A DNA stretch of 57,893 nt, filler included, from Sphacelaria rigidula (GCA_964200075.2; 9 parts of 9 records of this genome joined end to end with filler, not necessarily neighbours in it), one strand, 5' to 3'. Counted from the whole stretch's first letter, positions 1 through 12,267 are shown. Notes: generated by a model not told the origin, from the letters alone. Translations and numbers: made by a program.

Positions 1-207
1 AGATAAACACCCCCAACCGCTCGCGTCGTCCAGCCCCAACCCACCCCAACCGCCATCTATCACACCCCCCCCCGTAACCGTTTTTGGCCGGTTCGGGGGG
101 GGGGGCTATCTCGGCAGCAGTCGTGAGTCATCTATCAGTACCTATTCCCGCCATCAATAGATTTGGTTAGCCATCAATCGGTAGCCTCTGCCGCCAACAA
201 TGCATTT

Positions 208-276
208 TTTGCTATCTACCAATATGGGCGTTTGCTATCTACCAATATGGGCATTTGCTATCTACCAATATGGGCA
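208..276 (+). repeat. 23-bp tandem repeat x3 (TTTGCTATCTACCAATATGGGCR)
   Basis: Near-identical units at 208-230, 231-253 and 254-276. Confidence 0.9.
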
Positions 277-1207
277 TTGCCGTCAACAATCGATTGTTCT
301 CGGGAGCACCTGTCGATAGCCAGTGATACCAACGATATGATTTAAAAAAAATATTTCTCACTGGAGTGGTCTCATGATATCGACGGGAGAACCCCTTGCA
401 CATGAATACGCAACGACCTGAGGCGATAGGTGGCCATAGCCTCTGTGGAATAAGGTGGAAACATACAGCGAAATATGTGCATACACAGCGTTAGTGATCG
501 ACGCCATTCAGCTACTCTTGTGGTCAGCAATAGATTTTGGTAGCCGCGATTCATATTACATTGTGACCCCCAATAGACATTGGTGGGCGCAATTTGTGAT
601 TAGCCATAGATATTGGTGGCCGCAATTTAGAGCCTATTGCAACAAATAACATGTATCGATAGACAACTTGGCCCCTCCATTGCCATGGTAATGATACATT
701 CTGTCTCTTGTCCCGGATTTGTTGTAGCCTACAATAGCTATTAATAGACATTGATGCGAGTCGATTATGACTGACAATGAACATTGACAGTCAAAATTTT
801 GGGACTATTGCAGCGCCAATATTCTACCACATAAACTATTGTCCAGGTATATGAACATCTCACCCACACACACAAGTACTATGCGCGCCCATGCCCATCA
901 GAGGGACAACTGTAAGTACCAACTCCGCACCAACAACAAAACTTGTAAACTTGTGTCCACACATATTGCGGATTCCTACAACACAAGCGTTCCAAAATTG
1001 TAGAAATGTGACGTCATTTATTCACAAGTAGTAAAATTATATTCCCATTGCATGTCCACCTGCAGCTTCTCTACCGTATCTTAACGGAGTATAATATGCT
1101 TTACGCGTAGTATGTTGCGATGTGGGTGTGGCGACAGACGACGGAGAATGTCCATCGGTAGGGATTGTATACCACAGTAGATTCTGGTATGTACCTATCA
1201 ATATTCA

Positions 1208-1378
1208 TTGCCGCCGTCAATAGATCTATGCGCAATCAATCGATTGCGATTGCCGTCATCAACAGATTCGGTATACCATCTGTCAATGGCCATCATCGTC
1301 ATCGATAGATTTGGCATGCAGTCTATCGATAGCCATTGCCGTCATCAATGGATTTGGAAAGCTATCCATCGATGCATT
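1208..1378 (+). repeat. Degenerate ~43-bp tandem repeat (about 4 units) with internal ATCGATAGA..TCTATCGAT-type dyads
   Basis: Units begin TTGCCGCCGTCAATAGAT, TTGCCGTCATCAACAGAT, TCATCGTCATCGATAGAT and TTGCCGTCATCAATGGAT. Related motifs occur near 142-200 and 1450-1570. Confidence 0.65.
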
Positions 1379-1583
1379 TGGTCGGCCGCAATAGGTTTAG
1401 GTGTAGGGCCACAACAGACTGCTGCCCGGACAAAAGTGTGGGAAACTGGTCTACCGATAGACATTGCCAACAACAATAGAAATATAAACTTGGCGATCGA
1501 TGGCCATTACGGACGACAATATTGGCGTCTACTGCAGCAGATTATATTGCTATCGCAATAGATGCCGTCCATTGTCCAGGGTG

Positions 1584-1968
1584 TGAACCTTTCATCACGG
1601 ATTATTGGAGGAATATGGGCGTTGGCGGATTTGGCCTCCTCGGAAAGATTGGCGATATTTCTAACGAGGGTTCTAGCGCACTTTTCCGATTGTTTGTATG
1701 CCCAGTTTTACTTTCGACCAGATTATGAATTTTTTTAGCCGTCCCAAGAAACGCCCAACTGGCGGGAAAAAAAGACGTATTATTTCCTGAAAACTCGAGG
1801 TCTTTTGGGACGGCTGAAAAAATCCGGAATCAGGCCAAAAGTAAAAGTGGCCGTACGAAAGATCGGACAAGTGCGCTGGAATCGTCGAGAAAAACATAGC
1901 AAATCTTTCCGAGGAGGCCCAGTCCGCCAAGGCCCGTATTCCGCCAATAATCTGTGATGGAAGGTTCA
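1584..1968. mobile_element. Foldback/MITE-like element, ~385-bp imperfect palindrome
   Basis: TGAACCTTTCATCACGGATTATTGGAGGAATATGGGCGTTGGCGGA at 1584 pairs with TCCGCCAAGGCCCGTATTCCGCCAATAATCTGTGATGGAAGGTTCA ending at 1968. Pairing continues inward to AGCCGTCCC/GGGACGGCT. The left end is preceded by CAGGG. Confidence 0.85.
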
Positions 1969-2649
1969 AAAGGGCAGTTCTCCGAGAGACTCTTTCCTTT
2001 TTTCAGTCTACAAGAAGCGGCCTGAGAGAGAAAAAAAAGAAGAGGTGAAAGTTAGACACGCGGGAATACGTCATTTTATGCAGTGTCTCACGTGTCATCA
2101 TAATAGCCCAAAGCGAGAACGAACCCCTTCGGGTTAGGTCAACTTGAGGACGTATCTCACGACTACTCTGAGTAAAAGTAAAAGTTGACTACGGCACGAA
2201 TCAAAATTCTATTCGGTCCATCATACGCGTGCTAGATGTAGGTTGGAAAAATGTCCGCCAGGTCGGTGTTGCGTTGAGAACAGCGAGCTCTTTTGCTGCT
2301 GTACTGGCAAACGCTCGACTATCCCTTTATCTCCGTTCAGCACAAGAGGTTGTTGTGTTTGGTGCTTCCGCTATTGACCCTTCGACCAACGGAGGGGGGC
2401 CTCAGGTGTAATCATCATCATTTTCAGTCATTTTTCAAGCAAGTGATGCCGATTCCACAAACGGACCACTGGTGGGTTGTTGATCCTCGACGCTCACCAA
2501 GTTCGCATCCTGTTGATGTGGAAAGGCGTGTGGCCGTGTCGTCTCGTTGGGACACCTCGACATTGCCCGATTGCTTGCAGGCATAGGACCAACGGCACGG
2601 GAAAAGCAAGGTTGTCCAGAGTATTAATATCTTGCCCCATGACACGCGC

Positions 2650-2766
2650 TTGACCCCTCGACTGCCGGAGGCGTCCAACTGTGGAATCGGCATCAGTTGC
2701 ACTTCAAAACTGTCTTAAAATGACACCGGTTCAACAAATGGACACCTCCAGTGGTCGAGGGGTTTA
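2650..2766. mobile_element. Short hairpin MITE, possibly piggyBac-type (decayed TTAA|CCC...GGG|TTAA ends)
   Basis: ~45-bp arms TTGACCCCTCGACTGCCGGAGGCGTCC... and ...GGACACCTCCAGTGGTCGAGGGGTTTA. A second, more decayed copy lies at ~2374-2490. Confidence 0.55.
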
Positions 2767-5700
2767 GGGTTTCATTACACGGTACCACTACTCTAGGGTG
2801 GCTAGCGGTTAGACCCTGACAGATAAGTCTCTTTCGCCGGCACAACAACAGCGTTGGTTCCTCCTTCGCACCAACATCAATCATCAATGTACTGAGGTCG
2901 TTTGTGCACATGCATACAAAATTTTCATGGTGATCGGCATTCGTGGAAGCCTGCGCAACATCTTTCATTAGATGCTACTACAGTAGTGCCCCACACAGAT
3001 GACGGGGCATGTCGTGCATACATCACACCTGCTGGTGATATAATATAGCGCCGATTCTCTCCAGAATAAGGTTTCCCGTGGCAACCAAACTTCGTCATCG
3101 TAACGCTGATATCGAGATCTTCAAATGCGAATACTCGTGCAGCAACGCAGGACCTGTTGTTCCCCAGAAAATTTCAATTGTGTAGAGGGTGGTATACCCC
3201 GTCATCTACGGTACTTCGACAGGTGTATAGCCACCTCACGCCCACAGACTGCAACAGTAATTGACTTGGACTGTCCTTCGCATCGAAACATCGATTTGGC
3301 TAACAATCGATGTTTCCATTCCAGTCGTACCCACATGTGGCATGCTCATGAACTCCTACGGTAGAAGTGAGAAGGTTATCACCAGGTGCTGCCGCCTGTG
3401 GTGCTTGAGTCTGGAACACCCGCCCCGCACACATGCTAAGGGAAATCCGTCTGCGCGCAGCGACCCTACTTCACTGACCTCTCGAGTGCGTTGTAGATGG
3501 GCGCCAGCTTTCGCGAACGTGCTTCTTCCATGGCAGTCTCCGTGATCAACGTTCTTCTCGTCCGGTTGCCGTACAACACCCAAGTTCACCTGGTATCAGA
3601 CCGATGGCGCACAGGGTATCACATTGTCCGGGTAGCGGGCGACTCGATTTTTGGATAGTGCTGAGTGCCATCCGCTATGCTATTGTCATTTCCCATGCTC
3701 CCTAGAATTCGAGATAACGAAGAAATCGTCATAAGATGGGTTTTTTTATTGCTATACACATTCACAAATTACTTTTACAATACTATGAATATTCATCCAT
3801 CTCCCATGGTTCCAGCTTTCCCTCACTATTGTGGGTGTCTCCGTTCGAGCACGCCATTCCTTCTGACCGCGGGTCTGATGCTGACGTACAAAACGAATAT
3901 GGCAGGAGTCGGCATGAGTCTCAGTCTGCCCGCCACACACAGAAAAGCTTTGGGCTACTGCATCGGTGGGAGCTAGAGAGAAAGGGAGGAGCCTCGCCAT
4001 CATGCCGAACATCCGTGCTCCGCAGGTGATGTATTGTAAACTTTTATTTTGATTCTAGATTAACAAGGCAACAGCAGTGCACCGTCTGATGGCGTGCTCT
4101 CGCTCAGTTGTTTCACTCGTGTGCAGCAGCCACCCCCAACAGCACCGTGTCCTGGGTCTTGATGACACGCCTGTCACAGGTAATTTTATAAGGGGCGAAT
4201 GCTATACTTGTAATGTATCGACCTGTCGGCACGGCAGTAACCTTTGTATACGTGTTGTGATTCGTTATGTTGTGGATTCAACTTCGTTACTCTCGACAAG
4301 CGCGTGAATTCTGTACGTTGCAAAGCACCCCCGCAGGTATCAAGCCGGAAGCGGCCGTTACATGTACCAACCGGAATATCCATACTCCATGTTATTGGTG
4401 CCACACTGTAGCGACAAGATCAGCTTTTGTTCTATGTCAGCTTGAAGGGAGGGCGATAATGCAACGGCTTTTGTTGTGGTTTTGCTGGAATCACCCAACA
4501 TGCTCGGAGTGAGGATAGCAACAAGAGCTACAAAGCTCATAACTGTCACGTCCCTCCCGGTCCATGATCAAATCGCATACCGCGGGATAAGGGTAGATAC
4601 GAGACTGGTGAAATGCACGAGAGTCTGAATTGCCGCTTTGTGGAAATAGCGGGTGGTGGAATCACGGCAGCCCGAGGTTATTGTAGGACGAGAAGCTGAC
4701 GGTTCAAACTTATGATTTCAAGGGCATGTCGGGGAGGGAATATCCGATATTATGAGATTTTAAAAGTGGAGATCCGACCCATGTCCACAGCAGCAGCCAG
4801 CCAAGTCTTGTTGTTCCCCTTGCTAAAAGCCCATACAAGTCGTTGTGACTAACTTATTAGGTAGGTGATGTGCGACTTTTCAGCAGCCCACAATATCGGG
4901 TACACCCTACCCGACACGACGTTGTGAAGTTAGAAAAACAAGCATCCCAACACTCCACTGACATCAAACACCGCGCCGCGTATCGTTCACCCAGGGTGTG
5001 TTACAATAAAACAGTCTGCAACGGCATCTGTAGACGACGATATTCTATGAATAAAGGTGGACCTTGGAAAATGTTCCGTTTTTCTCCCCGAGCCCCTAGC
5101 ATCTCTCGACTTCAAGTCTCACAAGGGAAACGGATTTTTGCAAAGAAAACTGCGGGAAGATTATGGCTCTGATCTCCCCTCGAGATTCGAGATGGTTCAG
5201 CAGGATGTTTTACGGGTATATTGGCCTTGGTTGGCGACCTCCTCCTCAACCTCAGCTCCGCAGTAACTCCTCGGCAACCTCGACCACCTTCTACACGTCG
5301 GAGGGGGCTGTGCGCCCTTCGGTGAAGGCGCACTGTTGCGTATTCATGATGTACGGGTGTGTTTATTCTATGTCAATCCGCCTCTTTCAAGGCGAATCCC
5401 CTTCAGTTGTTTCCCACGTGCGCACCAATTCCATCGCTATGATAGTTTGCCTTAGCGGCAGTAGAGTTCACGCATTGGTCGTGAAAATGGTTGATTTCGT
5501 GATTTCAGAGTGAACACCGATATTCGGATCTATAGGAGGGCTAACAATCTCAAGTGCTGCTAGCTTGCCCAGAACATGTTTTTGTCCAAATTGGCGCCGT
5601 AGGCACCCATTTAAGGTCTGCAAACGCACAATTTTGCCTAGAGCAACGGTAGCACCCTCTTTGCCACAGGTTTTTCGTAGGCCTTGGGTCAGGGTTAGCG

Positions 5701-5949
5701 TTAGCGTTTGTTCAATCGTACACATAATTTTCCGAGAACGTTCTGTAAACCATTTTTACGACGAGTGTGAAAACAGTAGTGTTGGATATCTCGACTACTG
5801 TCACTGTGATACGATAGCGAACTTTTCGGTGTTCAATGTCTATACATTTTGAAGAATATCGGCGAAGCTAAAGTCCGAGGGCAGGGGGCGGACGAGTGTA
5901 ATCCAGTCCCTTCGCTGTGCGAGCCCCTAACGCCCCCCCTCCCCTCATT

Positions 5950-6345
5950 ATTGAGATGGCAATATAGCTTGAAGAACATGCAGAGAAAGATACCGCCAGC
6001 TATAGTTGATAAGACTGTACGGACGAAAAGTACGGAAGGGCATGCTATAAGGCGGGATAGAGACGTCGAAAAAATATGGGAGAAGATAAGAGGAAACCAA
6101 GACAAAATACTGTCCATAGGTGAAGGCGCGGGGTACAAGAGAAAAGTAAGAGACATGATCGAAGTAGGGGGAGAAGGAGCGCTAAGACGCAAAGTAGACG
6201 AGGAAGAACACTTGGAGATATACGGGGGGTTGAGAGAGGGGATATGGATGAAAGAATATTTGCATGGCCCAATGGACGCTGTGAAAAAGTTGAAACTGAG
6301 ATTTCGGGTGGGGGACCTAGACCGGCAAGAAAGAAGAAAGAGATA
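5950..6345 (+). mobile_element. Non-LTR retrotransposon (LINE) ORF C-terminal fragment, cut by the contig end
   Basis: The translation EEHLEIYGGLREGIWMKEYLHGPMDAVKKLKLRFRVGDLDRQERRKR matches my recollection of the post-RT region of an abundant brown-algal LINE. No RT motifs are visible here. Confidence 0.6.
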
Positions 6346-6445
6346 NNNNNNNNNNNNNNNNNNNNNNNNNNNNNNNNNNNNNNNNNNNNTTAATTAATTA
6401 ANNNNNNNNNNNNNNNNNNNNNNNNNNNNNNNNNNNNNNNNNNNN
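6346..6445. other. Artificial contig spacer N44-TTAATTAATTAA-N44 (also at 12790-12889, 19234-19333, 25678-25777, 32122-32221, 38565-38664, 45008-45107, 51451-51550)
   Basis: Eight identical 100-bp spacers carrying a six-frame-stop 12-mer. The segments between them are 6345, 6344 (x4) and 6343 (x4) bp, as expected for size-sorted contigs. Confidence 0.98.
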
Positions 6446-6517
6446 CAAAACAAATTTGGACAATCTTTGAGAAACTAAGAAATTACGGATTCTGCATACT
6501 TCTGACGCTGACTACTG

Positions 6518-6829
6518 TACACCTTTCGGTATATGTGGGCGCACCAGCTGGGGTCACCCAGGAGGAAGGCCAACACAGGAGTTTTTTTCGGGTCGTCTGT
6601 TTTTAGTTCTTCACGTTCCTTCTGCGGTGCTTGCTTTTTATTTTTTATCGCAAGAGGGGTTCAGCAGTCCCTTTCCCTCGTCGACCATTGAGTCGAATTT
6701 TGTGTACCCACGACATAGTCGCTCTTCACTGTTGGGCATGGGAAAAAATCCCAATTCGCTCCGAGATTCTAACCCACGACCCAACCGTCAGAAGGTTTCG
6801 AGGTTACCAACGGAGCCACCCGGGCGACC
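6518..6829 (-). mobile_element. tRNA-derived SINE (copy 1)
   Basis: Colinear over ~310 bp with the reverse complement of 42650-42969. The head GGTCGCCCGGGTGGCTCCGTTGG...GGGTTAGAATCTC carries Pol III A-box- and B-box-like motifs. Confidence 0.8.
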
Positions 6830-8318
6830 AGCAAAACTTAGGGCGGGGAAGACGCGTGTTCGATTTCCGCCGTACTACTAAATACGGTGCCAAGTATCTT
6901 GTATGCGTCTTGTTGGAGACGTCTCCACCTCGGCATCCTAGATTCCTGCAGTGTGATTTCTTTCGAAAATATGGAGGCGGTATTGTGGGAGGGGCGCTCA
7001 AACACCGTGCACCTGCTGTCTGATGATGCCAAGAGTTTACGTATGTATAGTTTGAGGCTGCAAGTACCTGTTGACGCAACAGTACCGGCGACCCAAGACG
7101 TTTTGTGCGATCTCCTTGCTGTCGACTACGTAAACATACCCGTAGATGTTTAACAGCCTCCTTTGCGAGCGATCCGAGTCGGGGATAAGGAGAAGTCTGG
7201 GAGATACGCTGTGATCGTACCCAGAAGAATGAAATATCGTAAAAATATCGCCCAAGATATTGATTAGTGAAGCCGGGGCTTCCGGTAAGCTTCGCTCAAA
7301 ATGCGTCGAGCTGGACTGCGTTCTTCGTAAAAGATTAATGGACAGCCGATCGTCTCTTTTGCTTTATCTACTGCAGCGGCTTCCCACAAAAATGGTCGGA
7401 TTAGCTAATGTAGATAGAGTATGAGAGGATGCGCATCGATCTGAAGAAGCACATGAACGAAGATCCCCATTTTATTTCCTCCCCTTCATTCATGTAGAAA
7501 ACGCTCTCTCAGAAGAAGACGTTCGCTCAGCCGAACCGTTGGGGTCCCACTACAACAGTATGAGGGGTAGGTGGTATGAGAGTAATGAAAAGACTCACGG
7601 TACAGATCATCTTCCCGTCGAGGAGGAGGTTGATGACGATGAAGTCGCCGTATGGCTCGTGCTGTGGACATGATGCACATGCTTCACACAGGTTGTTATA
7701 CTCGTCTTTCGAGTCGCAAACCAGTGCACATGTTTACCTTGCCTGGGACCGAAGCTTGTGAGTAGGGCGGCGCGTGCACTGCGCCAAGTTGAGGATTATT
7801 TAGTGGGTTGGACTCCCACAATGGCCTTGAGCAAAACTTCCGAACGCTCCAGGCGCCTACCCCACGTGATTTCCGCGAGGCGGTCTAGCCGAGCCTCCGG
7901 GTGATCGACACACGAACCCGTTCGCGGAGTAAGTGTTGGATGAGGTGTCCTCCTTCCTTCAAGGAACAAAAAATATTTTTTCCCCTCCACCATCCACCAC
8001 TCTTGCGTGTTCGTCGCCCCATGCTCTCAACATTGAATGCTGCAGAGGACAATAGTAAGCAGCATAACTGCAGTAACTCGTGGAAAGCATACCGATCTCT
8101 ATGCAGCTCGTGCGTGTTCAGAAAGCGCAATAATACAGACACGCGTAGGTAGCTATCGCTGTTCTCTGACTTCGTAACTCGGGAGGCGCCTTGAACGCTT
8201 ATCTGGCTATGTCCATTGAAATCAAATAATCCGTTGCTTGCGATATACTCCCCCTCGAAAAAAAACGAAAAAAGTGAGAAAGAAAGAAACACTTCGCGCA
8301 CCTCACTCGTGTACACAG

Positions 8319-10255
8319 GTTGAAGCTTTCCAAGATTTCCTGCGCATCCGCTCTGTGAGCGAAGAAGGTCCCAATGGCGCTTACGCGACGGCAGCCCGGT
8401 GGATTGTCGACTACGCTCGAAACACGGTAGGATTGAAGTCGTGTACGACCGTGGAGTATGTGAAGGGCAAGCCCGTCGTCCTCATGGAGTGGCCCGGCTC
8501 AAAGCCGGAGCTACCCCGCGTGTTGCTCAACTCCCACTATGATGTGGTTCCAGCGATGGCGGAGCACTGGGACACCGACCCGTTCGCGGCGGTCAAAGAT
8601 GAGGCGTCTGGACGGATTTACGGCCGCGGAACGCAGGTAGGTGTGACGTGGTTAGCGGTCATGTTACGATTAACACTGATTGATCAGAACTACAGTAGTG
8701 GGATACCGAGGGCAAACGGCAAATGCCGACCTCCACGCTTCAACGGCTCAGCTTTTGCTTGAAGAGTCCGTGAGACACGCATGTGTCGCCCGTTGCTCTC
8801 CATATTCTGGGGCACAATGCAACAACGATCCTCGCGATAGAAACAAAAACATAGAAGTCGTGTCCCTTCTCACGTACGTGGTACAGGACATGAAGTGCGT
8901 CTGCGTGCAGTACCTCGCGGCGATCCGGAGACTTGTCCGAGCGGGCTTCCAACCCACCCGCACGGTGTTCCTGAGCTTCGTACCCGACGAAGAAATCGGC
9001 GGGATCGACGGCATCAGCTTGTTGCTGTTGTCCCAGGAGTGGAAAGCGGTGCAGCCGATAGGAATAGCCCTGGACGAAGGCCTGGCCAATCCTCGTGACG
9101 CCTTCACGGTGTTCTACGGTGAGAGGACGCCATGGTGGCTGTTGATCAAGGCCGAGGGCGCCACGGGCCACGGCAGCCGTTTCATCAAGGGTACTGCTGT
9201 GGAGAAGCTTATGGCCGTGTGCAATAAGGCGTTGGCCTTTCGCAAAGAGCAGGAGGAAGCCTTGGGGCACAGCGGCGGCTGCAGTCACGCCAAGGCGAAG
9301 AAGCTCGGTGACGTGACAACGCTGAACCTCACGATGCTCAAGACTGGTGTGGCAATGGCAGGAGGAGGCGGGGGCGAGAAGGCGGCGCCTGGGACAAGGC
9401 ACGAACGCTTCGCGCTAAACGTTGTACCGACGGAGGCCCGGGCCGGGTTCGATGTAAGGATTTGTCCCACCACGCCTACCGAGGATTTTCGGACCCGCGT
9501 GTCGGAATGGTGTCGCGAGGAGGGTGTGACGTGGGAGTTTGCTGACTGGACTTCGCCCCTGGACGGACACTACTTGACTTCGATCGATCGCGACGAGAAT
9601 CCGTGGTGGGGCGTGTTCTTGGTGAGAGTTTTTTGTTATGATCAACAGCAGCGCGTAAGTATTGGAAGTAGGCCAGTTGGAAGGGAGTGCGTAGTTTTGC
9701 TGTGCGTGATCACGTCGACCTGGCCTGCTGCTTGTGTCAAATCGTAGCTAAACGGTGTGAATTGATCTTCTCAGATAGCTGCCCTTCTTTATACTTTTCA
9801 TGCGACATAAGAATGACTTTCACATTAATCGACCTGCTATGCGTCAAGCCGCGGCCACAAAATGAGCGCGCATTCGTTACTAGAAAAAATCTCACAGGAT
9901 CGATCTCATATCATACACACCATCCCCATTTTGCTCACACCACCGAAAGTACCGCCTGCAAATATCTACCTTTATCGCTCCTGTCCCCCCCCTCCTCCCT
10001 GATGCGTCGAAGGACACAATGAAAGAGGGTGGCGTAGATGTGGAACCCGAGATCTTCCCCGCCAGCACAGACAGCCGTTTCATCCGAGAACTGGGCATCC
10101 CTGCGCTGGGCTTCTCACCCATGCGAAACACCCCGATCCTTCTGCACGACCACAACGAGTACATCGACCAGAGTGTGTTCCTCGACGGGATCGGCGTGTA
10201 CGAACGCCTCATCAAAGAGCTGGCTTCGACGGAGCGTTTCCCTACAGAGAAGTAG
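8319..10255 (+). CDS. ACY1: Aminoacylase-1 (M20 metallopeptidase); exons 8319-8636, 8887-9621, 10013-10255; first exon/start codon unresolved (candidate ATG at 8021)
   Basis: Motifs LLNSHYDVVP, IYGRGTQ|DMKCVCVQY, SFVPDEEIGG, ALDEGLA, GHGSRF, EIFPASTDSRFIR and PILLHDHNE. The GT-AG introns 8637-8886 and 9622-10012 join the exons in phase 0. Confidence 0.93.
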
Positions 10256-10699
10256 ATACAGTTGTTGGCATAACTAATGTAGAAGTATTCCCGATATTTT
10301 TTCACTACAGTGCAACATAGTTGCCGATTGCTGCTGGTCAGTGGGTTGAATCTGTCACGCTCTCGATGCTGCAAACTATCGTCGGTCGGTTATGATCGTC
10401 ACTTATGCGTAACCGTATCTTCCACCAAATCACGCGCATGCGTATGTTCTTGTGGTGGCGCAGAAGGATAGCGCCCGCATGCAATGACATGTGCACCAAC
10501 ATCCGGTGACTTGCTGCTCACGTAGATATTGATGCCAAAAACTCTGTAGATCCAGGCGACAAATGGCTAATATTTGAGATCAGGTGCAGTGAAGGTAGCT
10601 TTGTTGTAGGGCTCGCAATGCGGGAAAGGGTTTCTTGCTTCCGCGACAAAAATGTGTTCTAGTATCTGCTGCAATTCGTACCTTGCCCGCCCCCCCCCC

Positions 10700-10773
10700 C
10701 TCCGTCTCGAAAGGGATGAGTGGTCAATGGTCAAACGACTCAGGCAAGCAACACATGAGTACGCCCCCCCCCC
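10700..10773 (+). mobile_element. Short poly(C)-tailed retroelement 3' end, family 1 (other copies 12890-12947 -, 41535-41610 +, 52234-52308 -, 55522-55592 -, 57718-57828 +)
   Basis: Six copies of (GC)TCCGTCTCGAAAGGGATGCGTGGTCAATGGTCAAAYGACTAAGGCAAGCAACAAATGAGTAC on five contigs. A C-run follows in five copies; the 12890 copy is cut by a spacer before its tail. Confidence 0.85.
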
Positions 10774-12176
10774 GTCGGTGTCTTTTTCGTTGGAAATATT
10801 CATGTGCGTGAAGGCAGCCCAGCACGTAAGGTATTTCTGCTTTTGACCCTAGATGGTGTTTCTGTTTTGAGTTTGTCTGTTTTTCTCGGCAGTTTTTGGA
10901 GCTCCCTCGTGAGTCTGTAGAGCAAGCCGCACTCCCAGGGTGCGGTTATCTTTCTTGCTCACACCGTTGAGGCATTCTGTTCTAAATGTTTTAGTCAATT
11001 ACATGGTTATTTCTACATGTTGTAGTCAATGACATGAATCTTTCGAATCCCTTTTTGCTTGTGATACTTTTTTGTTGGGATACCCCGACTACGCACTGTA
11101 CGATTAAACGTTTCAAGAGGAGCCTGAGTCACGCCTTGTGACGACCTGGAGTAGGAAAACCACTGCGGATTGGGCACGGTTTGAAATATCACTCTCTTCC
11201 ACGCCCTGAACAAAACAATACTTCAAAATAACTGGGCGTGAAGGAATCGTAGATGGTGTTTTTTTGTTTTTTGTTAAATACTGCGGTTAAATCGTAGAAA
11301 AACAAGGAAAATGTCAAGACTGGAGTCCGACAAAAGAGAATGGAATCTTTCAATGAGGGATATAATCCTACAACGTGAAATGGAATACCATAATGACGAA
11401 GACACTAATGGCGCCGGGGACTGTTTTTTAGGGAAATAATCAGCTGTATAGCGTGATTGTTACAACTCGTGCTTTTTAAATGACTTTCGTTATGGCCTTG
11501 CCTGTTCTTATTGAAGGATTTGAGAAATGGTTTGTGCGGAGTATATGATATATATCGCCCACTCAACATAAAATATATCGACGCGTCGCGTGTTCGATAT
11601 ATATTGGTCGAGCAATATTACGGGACGAGAGACACATCCAATTCATGTACATGTATCATTTCACATGTTTCACCACTTTTGCCGCGTGTTCTCTGCCAGC
11701 AAGGCGTTTTATCCCGCGCTTTTTTTTGCAGCGGACCGAGAAGGCTCAGCGGTACATTACCGTTCAGGTTTGGGCGCCATCTGATACCTTTGGCGCGTGT
11801 TCTGGCCACCGAAAGTCGCCCAAACTGGCTCTTTTTCGCGGGGTATCGATCTCGAACCACAAAAGCCTATTCATGGCGGTATATTTTTTCACCGTGATTT
11901 TGTTTGCGTTCTCGTTGATTTGAGAGCACGAAGACGGCGGTTATGCAGCGAATGTCCCGAGAACATAAGAGCAAAGCAGTTGAAAACAATTGAACATTGC
12001 CCTGGCCTTGGTCAGCAGCAAACACAAGACCGTGCCATGAGCCGTTGGCGAGTTGAACAAGGCACACGTGGGCAAACGTCCCCACTGTGGGTCACCTGTG
12101 GAAGACCAGCGTAGGGGGGTACCGAAATCCCTGTGATCATTCAACTCGTAAGAGAGAGTTCCCTCGCAGGATGCAC

Positions 12177-12267
12177 CTGTGAAGTACCGGCGCAGGGATG
12201 TCCTTGTGACAGGGATGACAGGAAATGTCCTTGTCACAGGGATGCATCCTTCCGCAGGTACTTCACA
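12177..12267. repeat. ~90-bp imperfect hairpin
   Basis: Outer arms CTGTGAAGTACCGGCGCAGGGATG and CATCCTTCCGCAGGTACTTCACAG; inner arms TCCTTGTGACAGGGA and TCCTTGTCACAGGGA. Confidence 0.7.

Noticed and set aside
120..1575. CRISPR-like repeat-spacer array
   Set aside because: The repeats are highly degenerate, there are no distinct unique spacers or cas genes, and the context is eukaryotic.
5688..5708. Telomere (GGGTTAG-like, also 56606-56625)
   Set aside because: Only two or three degenerate, internal units.
6838..7370. Two-exon minus-strand gene divergent from ACY1
   Set aside because: The frames can be joined only through a ~55-nt intron, and the peptide has no recognisable features.
8740..9473. 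Antisense ORFs over ACY1 (and over 14000-15800)
   Set aside because: Shadow ORFs produced by the GC-rich codon usage of the real genes.
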